From positions 10,462 through 74,461 of the forward strand of contig MFGN01000034.1 in NCBI GenBank assembly GCA_001780285.1: a DNA stretch of 64,000 bases, given 5' to 3'. This document shows, one piece after another, positions 37,350-48,020 of the stretch (positions are counted from its first letter, which is position 1; each line of letters begins with the position of its first letter). This stretch comes from Candidatus Falkowbacteria bacterium RIFOXYD12_FULL_34_57 (GTDB lineage: Bacteria; Patescibacteriota; Patescibacteriia; Patescibacteriales; UBA12075). The position numbers and the translations under genes were made by a program. The notes beneath the pieces were generated by a model that did no database searches, was not told the origin of the DNA, and worked only from the letters and a program-made list of their open reading frames with translations.

Positions 37350-37428
37350 AGTTATTGCGAGTGGAGCGAAGTAATTCCGTTAACAACGAAATTGCTTCGC
37401 CCACTTCATTCACTCGCAATAACAAAAC

Positions 37429-38121
37429 CTAAATCAAACCCAACTCATTGATTACTATAATTTTTCGACGCTCTAAAATATCATACAAAAAAACATCGGT
37501 AATGTCTTTTCTATACTTAAACTCTTTCACCTCCATTACTGTATAATTTATTTCTCTGCCCATCTCTTCCTCTAGGTCATTTATTAATCTTATTAATTTC
37601 TCCTTGTTAAAACGGCCAACTAAGAATAAATCAACGCTGGCTTCTGCATCATTTACAAAAAATCCACTCAAAATCATAACCTTTGGCTTTCCTGTTTTTT
37701 GCACCTTTTCTATAAAATCTTCTTCATACAGAATCTGCGCCTTTAATATCAAGCTCTTAATTTCCTCAAATAAAATAAACCCGGGATTTACTTGATAATA
37801 TTTCTTCTCTTGTCCGCTCGCCCTGGCTTCAATCTTGGCCCGCTTGGTTTTTTTCTTTTTTGTCAATTCATCCGAAACAATTGGATCAAGCGCCTTTTCT
37901 TTATTTTCATCTTCTGCGTCTATCGTCATTAATAAACCAAATTTTTCCAGATTTTCAAGTTCTCTTCTTGTAGAATTTAGTTGAAGCTTTAGATCTCTGC
38001 TAATTTCCCTAATATAAAACTTTTTATCCGGGTGGATTAAAAATAATTTAAGAATTTTCACCCTGGCATTTGAACCAAATAGTTTTCCTAACATAATAGT
38101 GTTATAATGACAAATACACAA
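37429..38121 (-). CDS. Winged-helix (ArsR-like) transcriptional regulator with C-terminal domain
   Basis: LFGSNARVKILKLFLIHPDKKFYIREISRDLKLQLNSTRRELENLEKFGLL. The true start is probably the ATG at 38094. Confidence 0.6.
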   Translation of the reverse strand: MCICHYNTIMLGKLFGSNARVKILKLFLIHPDKKFYIREISRDLKLQLNSTRRELENLEKFGLLMTIDAEDENKEKALDPIVSDELTKKKKTKRAKIEARASGQEKKYYQVNPGFILFEEIKSLILKAQILYEEDFIEKVQKTGKPKVMILSGFFVNDAEASVDLFLVGRFNKEKLIRLINDLEEEMGREINYTVMEVKEFKYRKDITDVFLYDILERRKIIVINELGLI

Positions 38122-38183
38122 ATCTAGTTGAATTTATACTCCTTTTTATAGTATAATAACTTATAGAAATAAAGTCAAAAAAC

Positions 38184-40439
38184 ATGAATCATAAATTAGC
38201 CCAATTGTCGCTTTCCACTTCAAATAAAGCCGGTTCTACCGGTGATATTTTTGTTGCGCAACCAGACTCTACCAAAGAATCATTGGCTGGAAAATTATTT
38301 ATAATCGTCGAAATCAATTCCACTAAAATTGAAGGTTTAAAAATAATTAATTTTTTAATTGATAATATTAACCACAACTATTATCAAAACGAAAAAATAA
38401 TACTCAGGGAAAGAATATCAACACTTACCGTAGAGCATATTTTTGAGGCAGCTCTTGCCAAAATAAATAAAAATTTCTCTGAATATACACGAAACGAAAA
38501 AACAGATATAAAACTAAAGGATATTAATATTACTGTGGGAATTATTCATGAAAACGAAATTTACTTTACCAACAATGGAAAAAATAAAATATTTCTTATC
38601 TATAAATCCAAGGTACAAGAAACAAACGAAAAAGAATACCAAATATCAGAAATCGGCAAACAAAATGAAAATGATAAGAATCAATCTGCTTCACAAAAAT
38701 TATTCAGCAATGTCATTAGCGGGAAAATACCCCCAAATGGATTTTTTCTTTTTACCAATGAAGCCCTTCCTGAATATATCGGAAGTAATCAGTTAATAAA
38801 AATCATTACCACCCTCCCTCCCCAAGGAGCGGCCGAACAAATCAAACAAACCCTATTAAAAATAAACTCCTATGTTTCTTTTTCGGCAATTATTATACAA
38901 AGCATGCTGGGCAAAAAAACGGAAAGTCCTGTTTTGCCAAAAACAGAATCGGCGCAAAAATCAATAAATACCCTAAACAGAACCGAGGAACAGACAGAAA
39001 ACCTGCTAACACCATCGGGGGTAATAAATATTGGAAAATGGCTAAAGTTTCCACTGCAATTATTCAACAGGGTCCCCAAAAATCAAAATGTAATTATTAA
39101 AGATAAAATTTTTTCTAAAAAAAGAACATTTACAAAAACCAAGAAAGTTATAAACGCCATAAAAAATTTTTTTATTTATACTTTTGGGTTTTTAATATTC
39201 TTAACTAAAAATATTACCAACAAAGAAAAATTATCCGGAATAATCAAAAATTTTAACCAAAACGGCGGGCGGATAAAGTTGTGGATTATAAATTTAATAT
39301 ATGGCATTGTGGGGTTAAACAAAAAAAGTAAAATATTCTTAATCCTCTCTTTGATATTTTTGATTTTATTTATATTTAATCTTTCCCGTATAAAAATCGG
39401 CCAAAACAAACAAGAAGAAAAAGAAAAATACAACCAATTAACCTCTCTCATTGAACAAAAGCAAAATCAAGCCGAAGCCAACCTTCTTTATAACAATGAG
39501 GGTGGGGCTAAAAAATTATTTGATGAAATAGACAGGCTAATTAATGAGTTTCCAAACGAAACAGAAGAACAGCAAAAAAAACACAATGAATTTAGAGAAA
39601 AATTTGATTCACAAATGGAAAAAATAAGAAAAATAACCAAAATTGAAAATCCGGAAATAGTAGCTAACCTCAAAAACCTAACCAGTGCCGCCAATCCTAA
39701 AAATATCATATTAACAAAAGGTTTGAATAAAATATTCTCCGGAGATTCTGTGCAAAAATCTGTATATATGCTGGATATTGCCAGTAAAATTATTACAACC
39801 ATTACCAATTTAGAATATCCGATTGAAACACTTGAAACCGCCGCTATCTATGATAATGATATTTACTATCTAAACAACAGCAATATTGTAAAATTAGACA
39901 CTGAAAAGGAACAACTTAAAACCATGGATATTGCACTTTCGGGCAAAAAAACAGTCGCCATGAGCACCTACAACAACCGGCTATATTGTTTGAGTCCGGA
40001 AAACAACCAAATTTATAGATACAAAAATAACGGCTCTGTGTTTAATGAACAATATGCTTGGATTTTGGAAAAAACGGACCTAAATAGCGCCGTAGACCTG
40101 TCAATTGACGGATATATATATGTACTCAAGAATAACGGTGAAATAATTAAATTATTAAAAGGGCAAATAAGCGCCACCTTGAATGCTAATTCTATTGTTG
40201 ACCCTCCAATGGAAAATGTAACCAAACTATTCGTCTCCCCCGAACTGAAATATATTTATGTTTTAGAACCCATAAACAGGAGATTGATCCTCTTTGATAA
40301 AACAGGGAAATTCCTGATGCAATATTTACTTCCTAACGCATCGGATTTAAAGGATTTTGCGGTAGATGAAAAAAATAAAATCATTTATTTCTTAGATAAC
40401 GCCTCAATATATAAAATAGGGGCAACACATTTTGAATAA
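38184..40439 (+). CDS. Large membrane protein with C-terminal beta-propeller-like repeats, hypothetical
   Basis: 751 aa with central TM helices (FFIYTFGFLIFL, IFLILSLIFLILFIF). About five C-terminal repeats have the pattern hYhL..N..IhKh (IYYLNNSNIVKLD, LYCLSPENNQIYRY, IYVLKNNGEIIKL, IYVLEPINRRLILF, IIYFLDNASIYKI). Confidence 0.7.
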   Translation: MNHKLAQLSLSTSNKAGSTGDIFVAQPDSTKESLAGKLFIIVEINSTKIEGLKIINFLIDNINHNYYQNEKIILRERISTLTVEHIFEAALAKINKNFSEYTRNEKTDIKLKDINITVGIIHENEIYFTNNGKNKIFLIYKSKVQETNEKEYQISEIGKQNENDKNQSASQKLFSNVISGKIPPNGFFLFTNEALPEYIGSNQLIKIITTLPPQGAAEQIKQTLLKINSYVSFSAIIIQSMLGKKTESPVLPKTESAQKSINTLNRTEEQTENLLTPSGVINIGKWLKFPLQLFNRVPKNQNVIIKDKIFSKKRTFTKTKKVINAIKNFFIYTFGFLIFLTKNITNKEKLSGIIKNFNQNGGRIKLWIINLIYGIVGLNKKSKIFLILSLIFLILFIFNLSRIKIGQNKQEEKEKYNQLTSLIEQKQNQAEANLLYNNEGGAKKLFDEIDRLINEFPNETEEQQKKHNEFREKFDSQMEKIRKITKIENPEIVANLKNLTSAANPKNIILTKGLNKIFSGDSVQKSVYMLDIASKIITTITNLEYPIETLETAAIYDNDIYYLNNSNIVKLDTEKEQLKTMDIALSGKKTVAMSTYNNRLYCLSPENNQIYRYKNNGSVFNEQYAWILEKTDLNSAVDLSIDGYIYVLKNNGEIIKLLKGQISATLNANSIVDPPMENVTKLFVSPELKYIYVLEPINRRLILFDKTGKFLMQYLLPNASDLKDFAVDEKNKIIYFLDNASIYKIGATHFE

Positions 40440-40524
40440 AGAAGGCTGCCAAAAAATAAATCCTATACAATAAAAAAGAATTACACAGTTTAATGTAATT
40501 CTTTTTTATATGTTGGAAAATGTA

Positions 40525-40959
40525 TTATTTCAAAGTAACCTTTGCTCCTGCTTCTTCTAATTGTTTTTTAATTGCTTCAGCCTCTTCTTTTTTTACGCCC
40601 TCTTTTACTATTTTTGGAGCAGCGTCTACTAAATCTTTGGCATCCTTAAGTCCCATGTCGGTAATAGCTCGAACGGCCTTGATTACCTGGATTTTATTAG
40701 CACCGGCTTCGGTAATTTCGATATCAAATTCGGTTTTCTCTTCTGCTGCCTCTCCTGCTGCTGCTGGAGCTCCTCCTGCCATCATCATGGTTGGGGCTGC
40801 TGCGGATACGCCGAATTTTTTCTCTAAAATTTTTACCAACTCAGCTAAATCCAAAACTGACATTTTTTCAATTTCCTCTACGAGGGATTTGAATTTTGCC
40901 GGAACCTCTACGGTTTTTTCTTCAGTAGTTTCCTCTACTGTTGTTTTTTCTTCTGTCAT
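40525..40959 (-). CDS. rplL: 50S ribosomal protein L7/L12
   Basis: Motifs [22 protein letters not shown] and [23 protein letters not shown], ending in [10 protein letters not shown]. Confidence 0.95.
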   Translation of the reverse strand: MTEEKTTVEETTEEKTVEVPAKFKSLVEEIEKMSVLDLAELVKILEKKFGVSAAAPTMMMAGGAPAAAGEAAEEKTEFDIEITEAGANKIQVIKAVRAITDMGLKDAKDLVDAAPKIVKEGVKKEEAEAIKKQLEEAGAKVTLK

Positions 40960-41049
40960 ATAATTTTATAAATTTTAATTATTTTTAAATTAATTTATTA
41001 ATTTTTTACTTTAAATTTTGTGGATTTTTGACTTGTGCACAAACCCTAT

Positions 41050-41577
41050 TTAGGCTTTTTTCTCCTCTATGGCCTTAAGTACATTTACCAGCCCCCTAAT
41101 ATTTCCGGCTAAAACATTTACAAATCCGGATATTGGGGCATTGAGCGATCCCACCACCTTGGCATACAATTCTTGCTTGCTTGGTAATTTTGCTAAAGCT
41201 AAAACCTCTTCCTTGGAAAGAAATTTACCCTCCAGTATCCCCCCTAAAAAGCTCACTTTCTCTTCTCGACCCTTAATAAAACCGTTCACTATCTTTGCGG
41301 GAGCAACTTCGTCTTCATAACCGAAAACAGCGGCCACCCTTCCGTCCATATCCTTAATGTTCAAATTTTTAATTTTTTCATTTTTAAAAGCTATATCCAT
41401 TAATGTTTTCTTGGCTACCATGTATTCGCTATTTTCCTCTTTCAGTTTATTTCTTAATTCTTCATTTTCTTTTACGCCCAATTTATCAAATTGCGTAAAG
41501 ACGATTGATTTAGATTTCTCAATTTTTGCGGCCAGATCCCTAAGGATTTCACCTTTTTGTAATTTAGTTTTTGGCAT
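41050..41577 (-). CDS. rplJ: 50S ribosomal protein L10
   Basis: 175 aa, directly upstream of rplL, with an L10-type N-terminus (KGEILRDLAAKIEKSKSIVFTQFDKLGVKE). Confidence 0.9.
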   Translation of the reverse strand: MPKTKLQKGEILRDLAAKIEKSKSIVFTQFDKLGVKENEELRNKLKEENSEYMVAKKTLMDIAFKNEKIKNLNIKDMDGRVAAVFGYEDEVAPAKIVNGFIKGREEKVSFLGGILEGKFLSKEEVLALAKLPSKQELYAKVVGSLNAPISGFVNVLAGNIRGLVNVLKAIEEKKA

Positions 41578-41796
41578 ACTATTTTATATTTAATCTTTTA
41601 TAATAATTCGCATGTGCCCCATCCGCCAGAGCAGCGGGGATTTCCAGATAGGAAACAAAAAATCTGCGAAAAATCGCAGATACAGTAAATACATGTAAAA
41701 TGTATAAATTTGTCTAGGCAGGTCTTAATTATATGCCCGCTGTCTGCGACTTTTATTAAGTTGTTTACAGTATATCATAATAAAAAAAAATGTCAA
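41578..41796 (-). promoter_or_regulatory. rplJ promoter plus L10-leader-like 5' UTR with attenuator hairpin
   Basis: The minus strand reads TTGACA (41791-41796)-16-TATACT (41769-41774). The leader contains GTCGCAGACAGCGGGC... and a hairpin ATCTGCGA/TCGCAGAT (41662-41681) followed by a U6 run. Assignment to the L10 leader class rests on context and architecture only. Confidence 0.5.
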
Positions 41797-41871
41797 GCAT
41801 TTGACAGATTTAATAATTCATGATAATCTTTTTCAATATTTTATACACGAACATTAATAAAGGAGATAAAA

Positions 41872-42150
41872 ATGATTCTCAATATTTTAGAAAAAATATT
41901 AATATTCTTTAATTACATTTTTTTCTCAATTATCTGGTTACTACATAAAATAGCTAAAATAATTGAATTTATTGTCTGTATAGTACTTTTCTTGGCGATT
42001 TGGGAAAGTATCGGCATGTTAACCCAACCCTATCAGGGAATAATATTAAATATATTAATATTCGGTTCTGCTTTTTCTTTTATAAGTCTTTTTTCTTTAA
42101 TGATCTGGAAAAAAGAAAAATTCAATAAAATAATTCATAAATTCTTTTAA
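41872..42150 (+). CDS. Small membrane protein, hypothetical
   Basis: 92 aa with three hydrophobic helices. SD AAAGGAG; promoter TTGACA-17-TAATCT at about 41801-41829. Confidence 0.55.
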   Translation: MILNILEKILIFFNYIFFSIIWLLHKIAKIIEFIVCIVLFLAIWESIGMLTQPYQGIILNILIFGSAFSFISLFSLMIWKKEKFNKIIHKFF

Positions 42151-42192
42151 AAAGCATAAACAAATAAAATTCCATCAAAATAATGGAATTTT

Positions 42193-44004
42193 TTATTTTA
42201 ATTTTATTATTTTATACAAGGTAAAATCTTCTGTTATTTTCTGCACTTTTTCAATACCAAGTCCCGCCTCTCCAAGTCTGCGGGCATTCAAATAATCAAT
42301 ATCTTTTTGCGGTAAAGTAAAATTATAATAATAAACCGGCAAAAATTCCGCTAAATTCGCATACTGGGCTATCATATTTTTATCATTAAAAAGGCCGACA
42401 ATCACCTTTCGCTCCGGAAAAAACATTTTATCATGATAAAATGTAATAATTGCCGAATTATGTTCTGTTAAACTCAAAACCTTTTCAATGCTACCGCGCA
42501 CATCTTTATGTCTCATCCCCAAATACAAAAGTCCATCTTCTGATTTAATGAGTACAAATTGTAAATACATCAAACAAACCACCCCCACAATAACAATTCT
42601 TAGTGCATAAATATAAAATGTTTTTTTTGGCCCCCTTGTTTGAACACCGCTAAAACGCTTTATGGCGGCCGCAACGACTCGAACAAGAGACATGGAAAAC
42701 CGCATAATTAAAAAGCTTGTAAATGGGATAGCACTAAAATAAACGGGAAGCCAATATCGCGCATAAGAATTGCCGATCGTATAACTATTCGGATCTGGAT
42801 TATCATGAAAAATCCAACTGCCATAATACAAAACTAAAATAGCGGAAATACAAGCCGTAAAAATTACATATGTTATATATCTCATTTTCCATTTTTTCTT
42901 TTTGGTGAAAAACAAAATAAACCCCACACAAGCCCCCCAAAACAAATATGGAAACATTCTAACAAAATAACGATTCAGCATTTCAAGACTCTGGCGCGGA
43001 CTAAATCCAAAATAAAATATATTATCCTTGATAATGTTAAACAAGTCTTTATAATAAACAAAATCCCCCCTGCTGCTGCTTTTTATAATATCCGAACCGG
43101 CATTGGAAATATTTACTATTGATTTATTCATCTCTGAATATCCCCCAAAAAAATAAGAACCATACAAGTCCTGATTGAATCTTATTGCCGGAAGTATTGC
43201 AAAAAACAAAAATAAAATAAAAAATAAAATACGCACTATATCTATCCTGCGAATATTAAAAATAAATAAAATAAATATTCCGGGTGCAAGCCATAAAATT
43301 TCAGAAGTGCGAGTAATAATTGTTAAACCAAAAAATAAACCCGCCAAACATGAGCATAGCCAGTATGGCCAAATGATTTTAAGGAATGATTTGATCTTTA
43401 AATTTTTTTTATTTATCTTCCCGCTCGCCGCCACCATAAAATACAGGGAAATAATTAAAAGAGAAACAAAGAGTACATTATGAAACATGCTTCGCGCCGC
43501 ATAATAAACAAAAGGCGGAAAAGTGGCCATTAAAAATGCGGAAATCAGAGCATTTCGAGCGCCAAATATTTTCTTGATTAAAAGATAAAAAAATATTATT
43601 CCCAGGGCGCCAAAAAACGGGGTTAAAAAAGGAATGGTGTTGCAGCCTATAATTTTAGCAACTCCACCAAAAATTAAAATAATACCCAAAAAACTTACCG
43701 GTTTTAGTATTTCGCCATCGGCTCGAAAACTACGCGGATGCATAATGCTCTCTGTATATAAATTATATTTTTCCGTAATGGTTAATTTGCTTGATTGCGC
43801 ATAGAGCTTGGTAAAAATATAATTTGCAGTTTCATCTGGTGATGTCCATTTTATAAAACCATCGCTTTGCGCCAAAAAATAAAAACTGCTGGTTCCCAGA
43901 AAAAAAACAAATGCCAACAGGCAAACAATAAAAAAACACTTATTTTTTTGAATAAATTTAAATAATTTTTTATTCTTGAATAATAATCTGCCCAATAAAA
44001 TCAT
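42193..44004 (-). CDS. GT-C fold glycosyltransferase (ArnT/PMT_2-like)
   Basis: 603 aa, more than 10 TM helices, a DE motif in the first loop (WTSPDETANYIF) and a C-terminal soluble domain. Confidence 0.65.
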   Translation of the reverse strand: MILLGRLLFKNKKLFKFIQKNKCFFIVCLLAFVFFLGTSSFYFLAQSDGFIKWTSPDETANYIFTKLYAQSSKLTITEKYNLYTESIMHPRSFRADGEILKPVSFLGIILIFGGVAKIIGCNTIPFLTPFFGALGIIFFYLLIKKIFGARNALISAFLMATFPPFVYYAARSMFHNVLFVSLLIISLYFMVAASGKINKKNLKIKSFLKIIWPYWLCSCLAGLFFGLTIITRTSEILWLAPGIFILFIFNIRRIDIVRILFFILFLFFAILPAIRFNQDLYGSYFFGGYSEMNKSIVNISNAGSDIIKSSSRGDFVYYKDLFNIIKDNIFYFGFSPRQSLEMLNRYFVRMFPYLFWGACVGFILFFTKKKKWKMRYITYVIFTACISAILVLYYGSWIFHDNPDPNSYTIGNSYARYWLPVYFSAIPFTSFLIMRFSMSLVRVVAAAIKRFSGVQTRGPKKTFYIYALRIVIVGVVCLMYLQFVLIKSEDGLLYLGMRHKDVRGSIEKVLSLTEHNSAIITFYHDKMFFPERKVIVGLFNDKNMIAQYANLAEFLPVYYYNFTLPQKDIDYLNARRLGEAGLGIEKVQKITEDFTLYKIIKLK

Positions 44005-44052
44005 AATTTATAGAAAAATTAAAGATATTGCATCCTTGTTTCTTACACCTTT

Positions 44053-45198
44053 TTAAAAATTTTGAAAGATTTTTAAATATTCTCTAAATGTCTTATCCCA
44101 GGAAAACCGGCTTATAATATCCAATCCCCTATCAATCAATTTTTTTTGTAAATCCACATCTTTTAATACAGCTTCCATGGCTAAGGCTATTTCATTAATA
44201 TTATAAGGATTCACAAGCACCGCCCCGTCACGCACTACTTCCGTCAAGCTAGAAGAATTGCTGGTAATAACCGGAGTGCCGCAAGCCAGAGCTTCTAATG
44301 GCGGAAAGCCAAAGCCTTCATAAAAAGACGGAAACACAAATAGGGACGCTAGATTATACAGACACACTTTATCACATTCTGAAACATAATCCAAAAACTG
44401 AATCCTGTTTTTATTTTTTGCTTTTTCAAAGGTTCTAAATATTTTTTCATATCTCCATCCTTTTCCCCCGGCAATTACCAATGAATAATTTAAATCTTTT
44501 AACAGATCAAAAGCCTCAATCAAACCTTCAATATTTTTACGCGGTTCCAAATTACCAAGATACAAAATAAACTTATCGGGCAATTTATACTTTTCCTTTA
44601 TGGCCTTTAATTTATCTCGTTCATTAATAACTCTAAACTTCTTATCAACACCGGAATAAATCACTTTTACCATCTTTTCATCAATATTGCAAAATTCCAC
44701 AATATCCCGTTTTGTATTTTCACTCACAGCAACAATCACATCAAACTCTTTTAGTGTTTTTTTAATATTTAAAAACCAATGCCAAATATTTTTTCTAACA
44801 GAAAAAAATTCTTTATATCGAACAAAAGACAGGTCGTGAATGGTTATTATTTTTTTACATTTTTCAGAAAAAGACGCAAAATTTAAATGAGGCATAAAAA
44901 AAAGATCAACATCTAACAATTGATCAAGCTTGGGCTGCCCCGCTCCCTTTTGCATAATATAATTGAATACTTTATTTGGGTATCCCGTGTTTACCACCTC
45001 AACATTTTCATATTTAAATTCAGGAAGCCTGCCGCTAATATTCTCAAATGAATTATAATATAATTTATAAGTATTTTTCTTGTCTAATTTCAAAATCCCC
45101 CGAACCAAATTTAAGGCGTATAGTGATACTCCGCTATACTGACAATCCATAAGTGATCTAATATCTATTCCAATCTTCATAATTTCCACATTTGTCAT
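44053..45198 (-). CDS. Glycosyltransferase family 4 (GT-B)
   Basis: EGFGFPPLEALACGTPVITSNSSSLTEV carries the E-x7-E motif. The start is probably MKIGIDIR at 45180. It overlaps the upstream gene. Confidence 0.8.
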   Translation of the reverse strand: MTNVEIMKIGIDIRSLMDCQYSGVSLYALNLVRGILKLDKKNTYKLYYNSFENISGRLPEFKYENVEVVNTGYPNKVFNYIMQKGAGQPKLDQLLDVDLFFMPHLNFASFSEKCKKIITIHDLSFVRYKEFFSVRKNIWHWFLNIKKTLKEFDVIVAVSENTKRDIVEFCNIDEKMVKVIYSGVDKKFRVINERDKLKAIKEKYKLPDKFILYLGNLEPRKNIEGLIEAFDLLKDLNYSLVIAGGKGWRYEKIFRTFEKAKNKNRIQFLDYVSECDKVCLYNLASLFVFPSFYEGFGFPPLEALACGTPVITSNSSSLTEVVRDGAVLVNPYNINEIALAMEAVLKDVDLQKKLIDRGLDIISRFSWDKTFREYLKIFQNF

Positions 45199-46294
45199 TA
45201 AATTTTTTATATTCCTCCTCTATGGTTTCTTTGATTTGTTTTATAAAATTTTCTTCTGAGAATTTTTTAGCATGCTGCCTGATTTTTTGCGAATCAAAAC
45301 TTATGCCATTCAAACGCTTAATTGCCTCATTTAAATCATTTTTATTTGATTTTTTAAAAAAAACTCCAGTCTCTCCGTCAACAATGCTTTCAAGAGATCC
45401 GCCCTCACCCAATGCAATCACGGGCCTGCCGGATGCCATAGCCTCTACTGGGGTGATGCCAAAATCTTCCAATTGCGGGTTAATAAATGCTCTGCACTTA
45501 CTATATAATTCACTTTTTTCTTTATCTGTTACCCTTCCCAAAAATTCAATATTTTTTGCCTCTCCAGCAATCGCTTGCAGCCTCTCTCTGTCGATGCCGT
45601 CGCCAAAAATCTTAAGCGGAAGGCCGTTTTCCAAGAATGCTTCTATCATTATGTCTATTTTTTTATACGGCACTAATCTGCACCCCGCCAAATAATAATC
45701 TTCTTGCTTTTCACTAACATAAAAATCATTCATGTTCACAGAGGGATATATAATCTTAGCATCGCGTTTATAATATTTTTTAAGTCTTCTAAGCGATGTT
45801 TTAGAATTAGTTAAATAATAATCAACCCTATCCGCCGCCAACTTATCCCATATCCGTACATAATTCAAGGCAAGTGATATCACTTTTTTAAAATATTTAT
45901 TGTATTTTAAATCATTTATATATTGATGCGTATCGCTCCATAGATATCTGGTCGGGGTGTGGCAATAACATATATGCAGAGTATTGGGGGATGTAATCAC
46001 GCCCTTAGCAAAAGAACTCGTAGAAGATAAAACCACATCAAATTCTCTCAAATCAAAAAATTCAATGGCCATAGGCATAACAGGCATAAACCATCTATAA
46101 TGACTTATTCCCCCAGGGATTTTTTGAATAATAGATGGTCTAATGCTGCGACCGGGAAAATTCTTGTCTGTTTTATTTTTTTCATAAGTCAGGGTAAAGA
46201 TGGGCGCCTTGGGAAAAATTCTAGAAAAAACCTCCAAAACCTTCTCTGCTCCCCCCTCTTGACATAAATGATCATGAATCAAAGCAACTTTCAT
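45158..46294 (-). CDS. Glycosyltransferase family 4 (GT-B)
   Basis: EDFGITPVEAMASGRPVIALGEGGSLESI; 378 aa. Confidence 0.8.
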   Translation of the reverse strand: MKVALIHDHLCQEGGAEKVLEVFSRIFPKAPIFTLTYEKNKTDKNFPGRSIRPSIIQKIPGGISHYRWFMPVMPMAIEFFDLREFDVVLSSTSSFAKGVITSPNTLHICYCHTPTRYLWSDTHQYINDLKYNKYFKKVISLALNYVRIWDKLAADRVDYYLTNSKTSLRRLKKYYKRDAKIIYPSVNMNDFYVSEKQEDYYLAGCRLVPYKKIDIMIEAFLENGLPLKIFGDGIDRERLQAIAGEAKNIEFLGRVTDKEKSELYSKCRAFINPQLEDFGITPVEAMASGRPVIALGEGGSLESIVDGETGVFFKKSNKNDLNEAIKRLNGISFDSQKIRQHAKKFSEENFIKQIKETIEEEYKKFNDKCGNYEDWNRY

Positions 46295-46403
46295 AATTTA
46301 ATATTAAATATTAAGCAAAAAATATACCTTCGACTTTTCAGTTAAATAATTAAAATAACAAATAACTGATCCGCCTGGGGCGGAATAGACTTTTAACTTT
46401 ATC

Positions 46404-47840
46404 CTATTCCACCTTTCTCTTCTTTAAAACAGCTAATGGCGTTCTAAGTAATATTGTTAAATCAAGTATCAACGACCAATTTTCTATGTAATATGTATCA
46501 AGCTTAACTTCTTCTTCAAATGTTAAATCGCTTCTTCCAGAAATCTGCGCCAACCCCGTAATACCTGGTTTGATAGTTAAAACTTTTTTATGATGACTTT
46601 CATATTTAGCAGTCTCCAATGTCATATGCGGACGAGGACCGACAAGGCTAATATCTCCCTTTAAAACATTAAATAATTGGGGTAGCTCATCAATGCTCCA
46701 CCTGCGGATAAATCTGCCGAATCTAGTAATACGCGGATCATCTTTTATCTTGTGTAGTGGGTCATCCTTTCTGGTATTAGCGCTTTTGTCAGCCGATAAT
46801 TGCTCCAACATCTTATTTCCCTCTCTGGTGGCGCTTGGTCCTTCCCCGTCGCACAAATGCGCACTCATTGAACGAAACTTATAAAATAAAAATCTTTTAT
46901 TGTGTTGTCCAGATCGATAATCCAAATAAAAAATAGACCCTCTTGAATCTAATTTTATTATTATGGCCGTAATCAGCAAAATCGGGATCAAAACGATAAT
47001 CAAAACTACAGAACTTACAATATCAAAGAATCTTTTTATAATCCTTCCCCATCCATCCAAGGGTGTTTTTTTTACCTCAACTATGGGAATTCCTATTATT
47101 TGCAACACCTCTGTCTTTAATACCTTGGTGTCTAGTAAATCTGCCGCGTACTTGAATGTTAAATGATTTTCATCGGCAAAATCAAAAAGGCGAAGATTTT
47201 CAGCCCTGCTTAAATTGGGGTCGCTCTGAATCACTTCATCCGCCTCCTTATTTTTCAAAAACTCACCAAGTTCATTCGCTGAATCAATGCCGAAATCTCT
47301 AAATCTTTTAACAACTTCATATCCGGCGTTTTTATTGTAGGAAAATTCATGGATCAGGGCGTCTGCCGTCCTACTATCTCCCACTAGAACTATTTTATGC
47401 ACGCCGATACCCATTTTAAATAAACTCCTTTGTACCACCCTTACTATTCCCCTAGCTAAATTAATATAAATAATAGCAAGCACCCATCCGGCCAAAACAA
47501 TAAAGCGGGAATCAAATAGTTCTCGGCTAATAAATATCCAAACTACAATAAGCATGAATCCGGCGGAACAAGCTAAGCTAACGCGATATATTTCGCTGAC
47601 AAATTTTCTTGCCCCCCTGATATTATAAAGTCCGGCAAAAGCAAAGATAATAATCCACAAAAGGGCAATGAGCAACAGCGCCTTCGTGTAACCCGCAAAC
47701 CGCAAATCAAAAGTAACCGGTCGAAGCTTTTGAAAAAAATCAGCATAACGGATAGAATATGCTGTAATTCCGGCTAAGATAATCATTAAATAATCTACCG
47801 GCAATAATAAAAATGAAAAAAATAACTCACTGCGTTTCAT
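46404..47840 (-). CDS. Polyprenyl-phosphate sugar-1-phosphate transferase (WbaP/bacterial sugar transferase family)
   Basis: N-terminal TM helices and a C-terminal KRFFDIVSSVVLI...FYKFRSM...DELPQLFNVLKGDISLVGPRP. I place the start at the ATG (complement of 47838-47840). Confidence 0.8.
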   Translation of the reverse strand: MKRSELFFSFLLLPVDYLMIILAGITAYSIRYADFFQKLRPVTFDLRFAGYTKALLLIALLWIIIFAFAGLYNIRGARKFVSEIYRVSLACSAGFMLIVVWIFISRELFDSRFIVLAGWVLAIIYINLARGIVRVVQRSLFKMGIGVHKIVLVGDSRTADALIHEFSYNKNAGYEVVKRFRDFGIDSANELGEFLKNKEADEVIQSDPNLSRAENLRLFDFADENHLTFKYAADLLDTKVLKTEVLQIIGIPIVEVKKTPLDGWGRIIKRFFDIVSSVVLIIVLIPILLITAIIIKLDSRGSIFYLDYRSGQHNKRFLFYKFRSMSAHLCDGEGPSATREGNKMLEQLSADKSANTRKDDPLHKIKDDPRITRFGRFIRRWSIDELPQLFNVLKGDISLVGPRPHMTLETAKYESHHKKVLTIKPGITGLAQISGRSDLTFEEEVKLDTYYIENWSLILDLTILLRTPLAVLKKRKVE

Positions 47841-47854
47841 GATGTGTGTGCACA

Positions 47855-47997
47855 CTAGTTAAAAGTTGAAAGTTTATAAAGTCTAAAGTCTGTAATCGCT
47901 ACGCGATATTTTAATCAATTGCCGCGCTGTGCCCGCCGAATTGAAGAGAAGCGGCATCCACAACTTTCGACTTTTAACTTTATAAACTTTACACTAG
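47855..47997. repeat. Palindromic intergenic element, family 1 core plus a second hairpin; its right arm doubles as the left inverted repeat of rnpB
   Basis: The arms are CTAGTTAAAAGTTGAAAGTTTATAAAGTCTAAAGTC and CAACTTTCGACTTTTAACTTTATAAACTTTACACTAG. The core is TGTAATCGCTACGCGATATT (47891-47910), followed by TGCCGC...GCGGCA. Confidence 0.7.
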
Positions 47998-48020
47998 ACA
48001 TAGCTTCGCTATGTCCTTTA

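Noticed and set aside
37345-37425. ~80-nt imperfect hairpin (GTTATTGCGAGTGGAGCGAAGTAATT...AAATTGCTTCGCCCACTTCATTCACTCGCAATAAC) considered as an ncRNA gene
   Set aside because: It sits exactly between two co-oriented genes, like the other palindromic spacer elements, and has no promoter of its own. I treat it as another spacer palindrome or terminator, not as a distinct RNA gene.
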